NCBI GenBank assembly: GCA_965209055.1 | Contig: OZ242374.1 | Coordinates: 5,280,001-5,344,000, forward strand | Direction of reading: 5' to 3' | Length of the DNA: 64,000 nucleotides | Source: Acidobacteriota bacterium | Lineage (GTDB): Bacteria > Acidobacteriota > UBA6911 > RPQK01 > JAJDTT01 | Shown: positions 28,236 to 38,646 of the stretch, in pieces | How the letters are laid out: the number at the start of each line of letters is the position of its first letter | How positions within the stretch are numbered: position 1 is the stretch's first letter | Notes under the pieces: model-generated | Databases searched by the model: none | What the model was told of the DNA's origin: nothing | What the model saw: only the letters and a program-made list of their open reading frames with translations | Made by a program: the position numbers and the translations under genes

Positions 28236-28513
28236 GGCGGCCTCACCCACCGGAGCGCCGCTGGGAGATGGTGGGGCTGGTGTGATCAGGACGAACGCCG
28301 TAGTCGCAAGCCCGGGAGTTCGAGACCTCGGCATCGGAGATCCGAAAGTGGGCCAAGCCGGCGGAATCGGAAGAAGGTGCTCCGGAGTGACGGGTCGAAG
28401 ATCTGCCGCTCCTCTCGCCGCCGGGGGAGCCGTGTAATGAAGCCCCTCCAGGCTTCTGTAAGTCTACCCGCTTTGTTCACTCCGATCCCATCGCGCCGAA
28501 AACCGGGAAGTCT

Positions 28514-28766
28514 GACATTTTCAAATGGCCATTGAAAGTTGACACTGGATACGACCGTCTCCCCCCATCTCCTGATTTTTCCTCCGACACTTTCGATCAA
28601 CCTCCGGTATGTATCCCAATGATCGGACCTGCGGCCTGGCTCACCGAAACAATGCGTTGGCCGGCCACGAGTCCAAAGTAGCATCCGCGAATCCTTGCGG
28701 TGGAGCTTGGGTTCCCATGGGCTCCACAGCGTAACGCTAACGTTCAACAACGAAAGGAGACTTACT
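28514..28766 (+). repeat. Conserved non-coding leader, copy A (candidate promoter + structured RNA)
   Basis: Aligns with 34837-35060 and 31061-31223; several hairpins; ends in AAAGGAGA RBS. Confidence 0.75.
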
Positions 28767-29573
28767 ATGGGATGGAAAAGTCCTGACTGGAGCGACGAAT
28801 TTTCGGGAAACAACACGAACCTGGCAAACCGTTCGGGGTGGGATGATTGGTATACGGAACTCCCCATCAACGCTGGAGTGGTGGGAGGCGGGGTTGCCAA
28901 GCTAATCAACGTTGATCCGCCCGGCGGGGACGGCGGTGATGAAGACCAGACGGTCTCCGGGGCTGTGACATCCGCATCCCAGGTTCCGGTACTCGATACG
29001 TCTCCGAACGAACGGAACAAGTGGACTGTCGTCGCGGACTTCTACGCAAAAACTCGGTACAACCCCTTGTGGGGGCATATCGGAATCTTTCTTCGAGTGC
29101 ATGATAGAGATTACCGCAAGGCAGGAGAAGCCGACACCCACCGTGACCAGACTCGGTTCGGGTGCTTCGTACGCGGAGACGAAACCAGGAATACTCCACA
29201 GGCGGCTCTTCAGTTCCATGGAGACAAGGCATCGGCTCCCGATTACAGTAAGCGATACATCCGGCGCTTCGATTTGGACGAAGACCCCTTTGACCACCCG
29301 AATACGAAGTACCGAATCCAAATCATCGAAGAGGAGTGGTTGAGTCCCCTGACCGGTTGGACTCATCGATGGAAGGGAGAGGTATGGAAGAACCCCGGAG
29401 CGAACAACGCTGTTCGAATCGGCCATTACCATTCCATCAGTGAGAACGTCCTGAGTGATCGGGACATCGCCATTCCCTCGCTGTCGGGGTCCAAGATCGC
29501 CTTGGGTAGCGGTCCTGCCCGCGCCGGCGAGGTCCATGTGGACTTTGTGGGCAACGCCGGTTGGGACTACTAA
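28767..29573 (+). CDS. Hypothetical protein A1 (268 aa, no signal peptide)
   Basis: Strong RBS; paralog of 35061-35846 (DFYA, GIFLRV, QTRFGC, EDPF, LSGSKI, GPARAG). Confidence 0.8.
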   Translation: MGWKSPDWSDEFSGNNTNLANRSGWDDWYTELPINAGVVGGGVAKLINVDPPGGDGGDEDQTVSGAVTSASQVPVLDTSPNERNKWTVVADFYAKTRYNPLWGHIGIFLRVHDRDYRKAGEADTHRDQTRFGCFVRGDETRNTPQAALQFHGDKASAPDYSKRYIRRFDLDEDPFDHPNTKYRIQIIEEEWLSPLTGWTHRWKGEVWKNPGANNAVRIGHYHSISENVLSDRDIAIPSLSGSKIALGSGPARAGEVHVDFVGNAGWDY

Positions 29574-30292
29574 GGAGAGTTCACTGGTATCCCGCTGAAG
29601 AACCCGGTTTCCCGGGAGAAGTTCAAGGCGCCTACGGCGATTTGGGTCTCCCCTTGAACGTGAACGAGTCCGGTTATCCCCGTGGACGGAGGGTTGTATC
29701 CGTCTACGGGGACCAACTCTGAGAGAAAACGGCTCAGTCGGCTCATCGGCGCAATCTCCCAGGATCGTTCCTGTGTCTCGGCCGATTTCCATCTTGGATG
29801 GAACCGGACGGTTACAATCTGCTTGCTCCCCGTGGGGTTGACGATTGACACGGTGGTCTCCTCTCCTTTCACCTTCCTTCCATAGAACCGAAAGTCGGTC
29901 CCTGGTGCTACGGCATCGGAGAAGGTCTCAAAGGCTGGTTTCCCGTCACGGTAGACGGTAATGTGGCTCAGGGCCCGAAGGGACCGGTTTGCAGGATATG
30001 TCAGACGCACCCATCCATTCCCGATGAAGTTGCCCTCGAAGTCCGGTTCGAACAGGACCCACTCGAACGAGTTTTGTCCCAGGCCATAAGTCTCCCGGTC
30101 CCCCAGGACAGGACGACCCTCAGCCGTGAACCCATGGGCCCTGAATCGAGAAGAACGCCCCTCGGCCTCCGTGACTATCAAGCCGGTGATGTAGTTGAGG
30201 GTGTTGGGATAGATAGGGGCAATCAGGGTCTTGGTCGTTTCTTGAGCAGAGAAACCCAAAAGGAGATGGAGTGCGACGATCCACGATCTCAT
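29570..30292 (-). CDS. Secreted hypothetical protein B1
   Basis: Signal peptide; paralog of 37909-38646 (LIAPI, VSIVNPTG, SRFLSELV, GET-x-IAV-x-AL). Confidence 0.8.
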   Translation of the reverse strand: MRSWIVALHLLLGFSAQETTKTLIAPIYPNTLNYITGLIVTEAEGRSSRFRAHGFTAEGRPVLGDRETYGLGQNSFEWVLFEPDFEGNFIGNGWVRLTYPANRSLRALSHITVYRDGKPAFETFSDAVAPGTDFRFYGRKVKGEETTVSIVNPTGSKQIVTVRFHPRWKSAETQERSWEIAPMSRLSRFLSELVPVDGYNPPSTGITGLVHVQGETQIAVGALNFSRETGFFSGIPVNSP

Positions 30293-30689
30293 CTAGTAAG
30301 GGCCTCCAGAGGACATCTATACTGGTCAAGTGGTGTCGACCGTCGTTCAGGTAATCCCGACTGGGAATGAAGGTATCCCGGCACGGGGGGAATGTGCAAT
30401 AACAGGGGGCGCTTCGTCTTCGAGGAAGCCGGAAGGATGTGGCAGCCGGTTGCCGGCATTCCTCCTTCGCACGTGTCAAAAAAACCGGACAACTTGACGT
30501 GCCTAATAATAGATCCCCTTTGCCGAGCACCAAGGCTATCTCACGCTAAATAGCCAGCAAATTGCCGGGAGAGCTGACTTTTTCATGCTGGGTCTTATTC
30601 CTCCGGCATGGAAGAATCAGACTTCATCTGGCCCCCCCTTGGTCAAGAACGAGACTCTCCGGCTGGCGCGCCCCGACGAGCGCCGCCGC

Positions 30690-30825
30690 TAGGATGCCAC
30701 CTTGGCCGATCATTACTATCTGGGATTCCAGCAATTTGCCGGTCGCGGTCTGAGCTATGTGGCCGAATACCAGAAGTGTTGGCTAGCCCTGATCGGTTGG
30801 CAATCGGGCGCTTTCAAGTGCCGTC
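30690..30825 (+). pseudogene. DUF4338 (transposase-associated) fragment
   Basis: DHYYLGF...GRGLSYVAEY...WLALIGWQSGAFKC; truncated. Confidence 0.55.
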
Positions 30826-31060
30826 TCCAATCGGAACTCCGCCCCCCGTCCCCCAGACCCTGGCATCCTCCAGCTGGGTCCCGGCCGTTGTGGCCTCATC
30901 AGAGTCCAAACTGGCCCCTTCCGCCCGGACTGAACTCGATGTCGATGGTCACCAACACCTGATCACTTGGTTTCCTCGGCCGAGGATCCTGGCGAACTTA
31001 TCTCCCGTCCCCTCACGTCGTGGAGGACACTCCACGAATGACAAGCGTGAGATCGCCCTC

Positions 31061-31223
31061 GACATTTGCAAATGGCCATTGACAGTGACACTGGATATGA
31101 CCGTCTCCTCCCGCATCTCCTGATATTTCCCCCGACACTTTTCACGAACCTCCGGTATGTATCCCAACAGCCGGACCTTCGGTCTGGTCCACCGAAACAA
31201 CCGGTGGGCTGGATATGAGTCCA
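31061..31223 (+). repeat. Conserved non-coding leader, copy C (partial, diverged)
   Basis: Keeps CCGACACTTT...CCGGTATGTATCCCAA and the GGAC...GAAACAA...GAGTCC hairpin; lacks the RBS-proximal 68 nt. Confidence 0.7.
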
Positions 31224-31614
31224 CACCGGTAAATGCCGTTGGATCGAGATCATTACGGAGACTGCGATAGAACTGCTTGTCAACGATCCTGACCGGATAG
31301 CGTTCCAGTTGGAGCCCGATACCGAATTGGACTCAGACTTCAAGAAACCCGAAGTCAAGACCGGCACCGTCTCTGACAAGGAGCTGGACAAGTGGCCGAA
31401 GTGCTCCATGAAGGGAGTCTACACTCGTCCTGGGCGTTCCGCGCTGTCCATCCAAATTTCGCCAATACGGGGTGAAGGCTTCTGGCGGTAGCTTTACCTC
31501 CGTCGCAGACAATCGAGAGATTCGGGGTGAACATCCACGGGTAGACACGTTTCGTCACACCTGCCCCGCAGCGGGCGATTTCATTGACGTACTGAAGGTA
31601 GAAGGAGGTCCAGA

Positions 31615-31947
31615 ATGACCGAAATAACGTTCAAGGCCGCTCTGACTCCTGCCAGACGACGCCTCGTCGAGGTGATGCAGGAGATCAACTACGGTCGGAT
31701 CGATCGGTTCGAAGTACGCGCGGGGGAGCCGGTACTCGATCCACCACCCAGGGTGGTGTGCCAGATCGTGTTCGGCAAGAACAATGGACCGAACGCTTGT
31801 CGCTACCAGGAGCAATTCGCCCTCAAGAAGCCGGTCTTGGAGTTGTTCGAGATCTTTGATCGGGAGCGGTCGCTCTCAATCCAGGAACTCGTGGTCAGCG
31901 ACGGTTTACCCGTCCGCATGACTGTGGCAGACGCGATCCGAATCTGA
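31615..31947 (+). CDS. Hypothetical protein preceding the sigma-like gene
   Basis: AGGAGG RBS; RRRLVEVMQEINYGRI...GEPVLDPPP...DGLP. Confidence 0.75.
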   Translation: MTEITFKAALTPARRRLVEVMQEINYGRIDRFEVRAGEPVLDPPPRVVCQIVFGKNNGPNACRYQEQFALKKPVLELFEIFDRERSLSIQELVVSDGLPVRMTVADAIRI

Positions 31948-32380
31948 ACCTCTGACTCGATATCAACAGCATTGTCCACACACCAGACAACCGACTGGCC
32001 GCAAGAGACGGAGGTCGTTGTGGGTGTCGCCGAAACCGGCGGCCTCACTGCGCTAACGCATCTTCGTTTGAAAACGGCCGACCCGGAAAAGATCGACACC
32101 CACTCGAGCCTACCCAAGATCCTGTGGAGGCTCAATGGGTTTCGACAAACACGACCACGGCATCGATCCATATGCTATTCGACTCATCAAATACAAAGCG
32201 AGAACGTTGGTGGGAAAAGCGGGATTTACGGCATCAGATCGCGAGGATCTGGAGCAGGAGTTGATCCTCGACCTGCTACACCGACTGCCGAGATACGACC
32301 GCAACCGCGCCCAGCGCAACTGGAGTTGACCCGCTTTCGTGGACACATCCAAAGTAAGGAAGTGAAAGGAGGAGTCCACG

Positions 32381-32695
32381 ATGGCAAGAAAGCAGCGGCG
32401 GTACCCGCCGGAGTTCCGCCAGGAGATCGTGGCGCTGGTGCGCTCGGGGCGATCGCCCGAGGCGCTGGCGCGGGAGTTCGAGCCCTCGGCGTCGGCGATC
32501 CGCAAGTGGGTCAAGCAGGCCGATCTGGACGAGGGGCACCGTAACGACGGGTTGACGACGTTCGAGCGCCAGGAGTTGCGCCAGGCGCGGCGCGAGATCA
32601 AGCGGCTGCGGATGGAGCGGGACATCTTAAAAAAAGCCGCGGCTTGGTTCGCCCGGGAGAGCGACTCGATCCCCGAAAAGGATTCAAATTCGTGA
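32381..32695 (+). CDS. IS3 transposase OrfA
   Basis: RRYPPEFR HTH, ERDILKKAAAWF; A7G slippery site at 32629-32636. Confidence 0.9.
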   Translation: MARKQRRYPPEFRQEIVALVRSGRSPEALAREFEPSASAIRKWVKQADLDEGHRNDGLTTFERQELRQARREIKRLRMERDILKKAAAWFARESDSIPEKDSNS

Positions 32696-33561
32696 AGGCG
32701 TACCGAGCCCGGTTTCCGATCCGGGTGATGTGCCGCGTTCTGGGTCTCTCCCCCAGCGGGTACTACGCTTGGCTGAAGCGGCCCCCTTCGAAGCGGGCTC
32801 GCCGGGACCAGACGCTTCGGGAAACGATCGTGTGGATCTGGAACCAGAACCGGAGAGTGTACGGTCGGCCTCGTCTGCATGCCGAGCTGAGAGCTCGAGG
32901 GGAACGGACGAGCCCGAAGCGCGTAGGTCGATTGATGAAGGAAGCCGGGATCCAGGGGGCGAGCCGGAGGCGCCGCAAGGCCGGGCTCACCCGGAGGGAC
33001 CGGAAGGCGCGCCCGGCACCGGACCTGGTGAACCGGAACTTCGCGGTTGAGGGACCGGATCAACTCTGGGTCGCGGACCTCACCTATGTCCGCACAAAGG
33101 CGGGCTGGTTGTACGTGGCCGTGGTTCTGGACGCTTGGAGCCGCCGGATCGTGGGGTGGGCAATGGCGACCCATCTGCGATCCGAACTGGTGGAGAAGGC
33201 GCTCGCCATGGCGGTGATCCAGCGCCAGCCCAAGCAGGTGATCCACCACTCGGACCAGGGAACGCAGTACACCTCGGCTGCCTTCGGCAAACGATGCCGG
33301 GAGGCGGGAGTGCGGCCGTCGATGGGCTCCGTCGGGGACGCCTACGACAACGCGATGTGCGAGAGCTTCTTCGCGACGCTGGAGTGCGAGTTGCTGGATC
33401 GTCACCGGTTCCGGAACCCGAGCGAGGCAAGGCGGGCCGTGTTCGACTTTATTGAGGGATTCTACAACCGGCGGCGCCGGCACTCGGCGCTGGGCTACGA
33501 GTCACCGGTCCACTACGAGCAGCAGGCGGCGGCGGACCAACGCCGTCTTCGAGCTGCCTGA
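32644..33561 (+). CDS. IS3 transposase OrfB (DDE), -1 frame
   Basis: WVADLTY, HHSDQG-x-QY, DNAMCESFF, YNRRRRHSALGY. Confidence 0.92.
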   Translation: MVRPGERLDPRKGFKFVKAYRARFPIRVMCRVLGLSPSGYYAWLKRPPSKRARRDQTLRETIVWIWNQNRRVYGRPRLHAELRARGERTSPKRVGRLMKEAGIQGASRRRRKAGLTRRDRKARPAPDLVNRNFAVEGPDQLWVADLTYVRTKAGWLYVAVVLDAWSRRIVGWAMATHLRSELVEKALAMAVIQRQPKQVIHHSDQGTQYTSAAFGKRCREAGVRPSMGSVGDAYDNAMCESFFATLECELLDRHRFRNPSEARRAVFDFIEGFYNRRRRHSALGYESPVHYEQQAAADQRRLRAA

Positions 33562-34419
33562 GAACGACGCCGGCACGGCCACCGTCGCACCCAGCGTCGC
33601 GCGCGACACGATTGAAGGGGGCAGGGGGGCGCTGCCCCCCTGAGACCCCCGGATGCAAAGAGACATAAAAAACTCTTAAATCCCTGGGAAGAGAGACCGA
33701 GGCCCCCTCGTTAAGCGGTATCCCATTGTGGAAAATCAGAGATTTCCCACAACGTGAGCCCTTTTGCTGACCCGTCCATAGGTCGCCCCTCACACGAAAG
33801 AAAGAGCGCTCTGTCCGTTGTCAATGGCCAAAACCCTGACATCCTCGATGGCCATTGACCGTCGTCGGGGGGAAGTCTTGCTCCCCACCGACAGAAGGAG
33901 TATTAAACCTAAGGACAACGTAGACCGCACCAATAAACCGTCCACGAAAACGGGACACCCTCACAACACTTTCATCGCCCGGGTAGTCGAGCACAAGATC
34001 GCCAACCTCATCAAGGCACAGAAGGCTGGCATTCGCGACTACCGGCGCTGCCGCTGTTCTCTGAACGATCGGTTCGAAGACGAAGACGGTCGCTCCGTCG
34101 AGCGGATAGATACCCTGGATCAGGAGCGCAACGGGCCGCACACTGGCACGCAATCGAGGCCCTCCGACGAACTTCGCTTTCTTGCCATCGACATGGGCTT
34201 CGTACTCGAAACCCTTCCTCCCGAACTCCGCGACCTGTGTCAGCGCCTCGTAGCGGAAACCGTCACCGAGATCTCCCGCAGCACCGGTGTGCCGCGGGGA
34301 ACGATCTACGAGTCCATCAAGAGGCTCCGGAAAATCTTCAGGGACGCCGGCCTGAAGGATTACCTGTGACGGCTCCGACGGTCGTAAGGGCCTGCCGCCG
34401 CAGAAGCAGCGTCCGACGA

Positions 34420-34710
34420 TAGCAGAACATCCTGAAGGTCTCGTTGAATCAAGGGTATCGCTTCATTGTGCACGACTCGCGGAAGCGGCATCTGAACTCG
34501 GACCGCCAGCACAAGAGTGTCAAAGAGTGGACCCATGGCTGTCGACGCCGGTACTGGGAATCAGTGATCCAAGAGACGAGTTCGGCGGAGACGGTCTACG
34601 AGTTTGAGACCGGGGCTCGGAAGGTGCGTCTTCCCAGGTTGGATTAGACAATGAACCTGGTGGTGGATGGACAGGTTCGGAACCCGCTGAGGCTGCTCAC
34701 GAACCGAAGG
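34420..34710 (+). pseudogene. Degenerate DDE transposase fragment
   Basis: LNQGYRFIV...VIQETSS...RKVRLP...LVVDG...PLRLLTNR; same family as 3085-3480. Confidence 0.55.
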
Positions 34711-34836
34711 TGTCCCGGCCTCGACTCGATGACCCTCTCGTCTACAACCAGTCTATCCTGTCACCAATTGTGGCATCCGGCGGATCGTGACCGAAGTGGA
34801 TGAGCCCCCGTCGACCGAAGCCTGCGCCAAGTCCAT

Positions 34837-35060
34837 ACTGGATATGACCGTCTCCCGCCGCATCGACTGATTTTTCCTCCGACACTTTCGATCAATCCCC
34901 GGTATGTATCCCAATGATCGGACCTTCGGTCTGGCTCACAGAAACAATCCGTTGGCCGGCCGCGAGTCCGTAGCAGCATTCGCGGATCATTGCGGTGGAG
35001 CTTGGGTTCCCATGGGCTCCACAGCGTAACGCTAACGTTCAACAACGAAAGGAGACTAAC
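34837..35060 (+). repeat. Conserved non-coding leader, copy B
   Basis: Includes 68 nt (34990-35057) identical to 28695-28762. Confidence 0.78.
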
Positions 35061-35846
35061 ATGGGATGGAGAAGACGTTTACCGTGGTCGGAGATTTTCC
35101 GAACGAACGCTTCGGATTTCGTGACCCAATACTCGACCTGGAATCCGATTCGGACCCAAACCCCTGTGGTCACGATTCCGATTTCCAGAAACCTGGCAAC
35201 TGTCGAACTAACCGACCCTGAAGACGATGTCTGGTCCATCGGCGGTGCGGTCACCGCGAAGTCCAAGGTCCCCACCTCCGGACAGTTCGACGAGAACGAT
35301 GACCAGACGGAACGGAATCTCTGGACCGCGACCTCCGACTTCTACGCGACCGAAAGGTTCAACGGAACCGGCGGCCACCACGGGATCTTCCTCCGGGTCA
35401 ACCCCAAGGTGTGGGGCGGAGAGGAAAACCAGACCCGGTTCGGCTGCTATATCAATGGCAAGAAGAAAACCAGACAGGGTTGTCTCCAACTGACCGGCGA
35501 CAGGTACAATGGGTCTGGGAAGGAGACGGAGGAACGTTTCTTCACCCTGACCGAGGACCCCTTCGAGGATCCGGACCGGAGGTGCCGGGTTCAGATTCTC
35601 GAAAAGGAGAAGAAGGTCAACGACGTCTACAAGCTCCATTGGAGGGCGGAGGTTCACCGCGAGAACTCCGACGGAACTTGGACCCGTATCGGCTACTACG
35701 ACTGGGTCAACGAGGACACGGTCAGGAACTCCTACAACGTCGACATCCCGACCCTTTCCGGGTCGAAAATCATGTTCGGCGTGGGTCCCGCGAGGGCCGG
35801 AACGGTGAAGATCGACCGCATCGCGACGAACTACTGGACGTACTAG
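35061..35846 (+). CDS. Hypothetical protein A2 (261 aa), paralog of A1
   Basis: Same RBS and MGW start; shared motifs throughout; both end W-x-Y. Confidence 0.8.
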   Translation: MGWRRRLPWSEIFRTNASDFVTQYSTWNPIRTQTPVVTIPISRNLATVELTDPEDDVWSIGGAVTAKSKVPTSGQFDENDDQTERNLWTATSDFYATERFNGTGGHHGIFLRVNPKVWGGEENQTRFGCYINGKKKTRQGCLQLTGDRYNGSGKETEERFFTLTEDPFEDPDRRCRVQILEKEKKVNDVYKLHWRAEVHRENSDGTWTRIGYYDWVNEDTVRNSYNVDIPTLSGSKIMFGVGPARAGTVKIDRIATNYWTY

Positions 35847-36029
35847 AAACCGTCCGCTGACAGTTCGGGGGGCAGACGATGCCTGACAATGGATCTGGTG
35901 AACAATCTGGGAGTCTTCGTCCGATATGCGAAGAAACTCCAGCCAGGTCTTGCCTCTGTTCCGAAGATCGGAGAATAAGGCGAGAGTCTCTTGATCGGAT
36001 TCGGAGAACTTCTCCACATAATCCGCTAG

Positions 36030-37659
36030 CCCGGAAAATTCACAAATGAGTGGACGGGGCTGGTGTGAGAGTCGAAAGAAAGGCCATGCCTCATTGATAT
36101 AAAAGGGTTTACTAAAAATCGACCCTTCAATGAGGTGTGGCCATGTGCAAAACAGATTGCGCGCCGAGTTTGCCATTTCACCCCGACAGAAAAATCACCG
36201 CTTGTTTCGATGGTGGCCGCATCACCTCCGATGCCAGGCTGCTGCTGCTTTACGCCCTGGATCGGCAACATCGCGTCAGTGAGGGTGTCAGCGCCTGTCT
36301 GAAGGATCGAAGAGATGTCCGCTATGTGCGCCACTCCATGCGGGAGATGATCTGCCAACGTCTGCATCAGATTCTCTGCGGCTACGAGGATTGCAACGAC
36401 GCCCAGACGTTGCGGGCGGACCCGATCTTCAAGACCGTCTGTGATCGCTTGCTCGAGAGTGGTCCAGACCTGGCCGCTCAGCCCACGTTGTGTCGGCTGG
36501 AAAACGGCGTCCAGCGCTCGGAACTGATGCGTCTGGGTCGCTGGTTGTTGCAGCTGTACCTGCGTCGGCTCATGAAGCGTCGGCCCGACAGCATCGTGCT
36601 GGACCTGGACGGCACCGACGATCCCACCCATGGCCAGCAGGAGTTCTCCTTCTACCACAGCTACTATCGAAGCCACATCCTGCATCCCCTGTTGATCTTC
36701 GATGGGGAGAGCGGGGATCTGTTGGTGGTGCTGCTGCGACCGGGCAAGAAAGGCGCCGCCGCACACTCCGTGGCCGTCTTGCGGCGAGTGGTCGAGGCCA
36801 TCCGAGCGGCGTGTCCCCGGGTGAAGATCCGGGTTCGAGCCGACTGCGGCTTTGGCACGCCGGAACTGTCGAATACTGTGAACAAGCGGGGTTACGCTAC
36901 GAGATCGGCCTGATCCGAAACACGCGGCTGCAGCAGGCGGCCGAGCCTGTGCTGGAGCGCACCCGGGAGCAGTTTCAACAAGAGGGGACCCCGCAGCGAG
37001 AGTTCGATGCGTTCCTCTATCAGGCCGGAACCTGGTCCCATCCCCGCCGGGTGGTGGTGAAAGTCGAGGTCAACTCCCGCGGGATCAACCGTCGTTTCGT
37101 GGTGAGTAATCGGACCGACCCGTCACCCCGATCGCTGTACGAGGACTACATCGACCGAGGTCAGACGGAAGACTATATTAAGCCCGTCAAGCTCCACTTG
37201 AAGAGGACCGCCTCAGTTGCCATCGCTTTCTGGCCAATCAGTTCCACTTGTTGTTGCACAGTGTGGCATACCAGATGTTCCTGATGCTGCGGGATTACCT
37301 TTACGGGACCCCCTGGCAGAAGCTGGAAGTGGAGACGTTGCGTCGTCGGATGCTCAAGATCGGAGTTCGAGTTCGGGAAACGACCCGCCGCATCTGGATC
37401 CACTTGAGCTCGGCCTACCCCGAGCAGGAGATCTTCTGGCGGGTGATGGGTCGATTACATCCGACGTAGTTGCCACCAGTCGCCACAACAACCCCGTTCG
37501 CGAACTCTCAAAGGAGGACGAGTCTCCGTAAAACAGTCTCCTGGAGGTTCACCGGCCACACTGGAGCCGAGCGGAAGGCTGAATCCCAGAACCCAAGCTC
37601 TAAGACCTACGATGCCGGCGAAAATCGAGCCCCTTTGTCGAGTTTATGAATAATGGCGG
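36030..37659 (+). mobile_element. IS1380-family element (1630 bp), TSD CTAG
   Basis: CTAG at 36026-36029 and 37660-37663; imperfect IRs CCCGGAAAATTCACAAA / CCGCCATTATTCATAAA. Confidence 0.8.
36137..37469 (+). pseudogene. IS1380 transposase, frameshifted twice
   Basis: FDGGRITSDA, GYEDCND, LDLDGTDDPTHGQQE, RADCGF spread across three frames. Confidence 0.85.
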
Positions 37660-37908
37660 CTAGGGTCTTCGCTTCTTCTATGTCTACTCCCGAATTTTGG
37701 GGCAGGCCATTGGGGTTCGAACCCCTGGCCAAGGTAGTTGAATCAGCTATAGATACCTATGGAATACAGTCTCGCGAAGCTCATTTCCTAACGCTAGCTG
37801 GGCAAATCCTAAGAGAATCCGTAGTGCCCATACTACTGTCTCGGGAGCCACGTTTTCCGGGAACTCCGAAAGTTCAGAACCGGTGATGTGTTTCATCTGA
37901 AAGGTTCT

Positions 37909-38646
37909 CTATCGGTCCGGTGTCGGGTAAGGACTGACGATAACCGAACGGAACCAGTCGGTGCGTTTCGAGTATTGCAACGCGGCGACGGCGATTCGTG
38001 TCTCCCCACGGATTCGGAGAACGCCCTGGATGACGCCGTTGTCCCCTGTCCTCACTCCGTCCAGGTCGACCAGTTCCGACAGGAACCGGCTGTGTTTGAC
38101 GTACGGACCCAGAACCACCTCCGAGTGGCGCCGTTGGGTCCCGTCCAGGTCCCAACGGACGAACTCGACCGACATCCGTTGGGACTCTCCCGTGGGGTTC
38201 ACGATGGACACCCCGGTCTGTCCCCCGGGTGACCTCTCCGCGAGCATCCAGAAACCGGGTCCCGGACGGAACGTCTGGACCACGAAAGGCTCCACGGACC
38301 GTGTCTCGTGACCGATTCTGACGACCGCGTGAGCCTGATCCGGGTTGTCGATGGTGACGAGAAGCCAACCATTGTCGGTGAATCTGCCGACCGCGATGTC
38401 AACGCCCCCATCGTGGTCCTGGATTTGGTCGTCCCCGTGGGGATAGGTCGCGGAGTAATTGTTGTCCCCATTCTCCCGGAACTCCCGGACCGAGACCTCG
38501 GTGTCGCCCCGTCCGTTTGAGATCAACAGGAGGGTGGAGTCCAGACCTCCGATCTGAGGGAAGATGGGCGCGATGAGCTGAGTCTCGACGTTTTCCCAGT
38601 AAAATGGAGTCTGTAGGAGGAATGATAAGAGGAACGTGAGTTTCAT
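37909..38646 (-). CDS. Secreted hypothetical protein B2, paralog of B1
   Basis: Start MKLTFLLSFLL; LIAPIFP, GVSIVNPTG, SRFLSELV, GETRIAVAAL. Confidence 0.8.
   Translation of the reverse strand: MKLTFLLSFLLQTPFYWENVETQLIAPIFPQIGGLDSTLLLISNGRGDTEVSVREFRENGDNNYSATYPHGDDQIQDHDGGVDIAVGRFTDNGWLLVTIDNPDQAHAVVRIGHETRSVEPFVVQTFRPGPGFWMLAERSPGGQTGVSIVNPTGESQRMSVEFVRWDLDGTQRRHSEVVLGPYVKHSRFLSELVDLDGVRTGDNGVIQGVLRIRGETRIAVAALQYSKRTDWFRSVIVSPYPTPDR

Larger units (their letters stand above)
32321..33963 (+). mobile_element. IS3-family element (1643 bp), 4-bp TSD CAAC
   Basis: TG...CA ends; IRs TGGAGTTGACCCGCTTTCGTGGAC / GTCCACGAAAACGGGACACCCTCA; CAAC at 32317-32320 and 33964-33967. Confidence 0.92.
32135..34369 (+). 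pseudogene. Sigma70/ECF-like factor (195 aa when rejoined) interrupted by IS3
   Basis: 32135-32320 + 33968-34369 join in frame (RAQRN|TFIARVV); DREDLEQEL region 2-like and TVTEISRSTGVPRGTIY region 4 HTH. Confidence 0.85.

Noticed and set aside
30690-30962. Druantia defence system (DruA/DUF4338)
   Set aside because: Only a short fragment among IS debris, with no other dru genes.
28514-35070. Leader repeats as DGR template/variable repeats
   Set aside because: They are non-coding, lie 5' of genes, and mismatches are not adenine-specific.
35850-37880. Intact gene interrupted by IS1380
   Set aside because: The rejoined minus frame (…EEAKTL|ADYVEKF…) meets an in-frame TAG a short way upstream and has no clear start, so it is at most a remnant.
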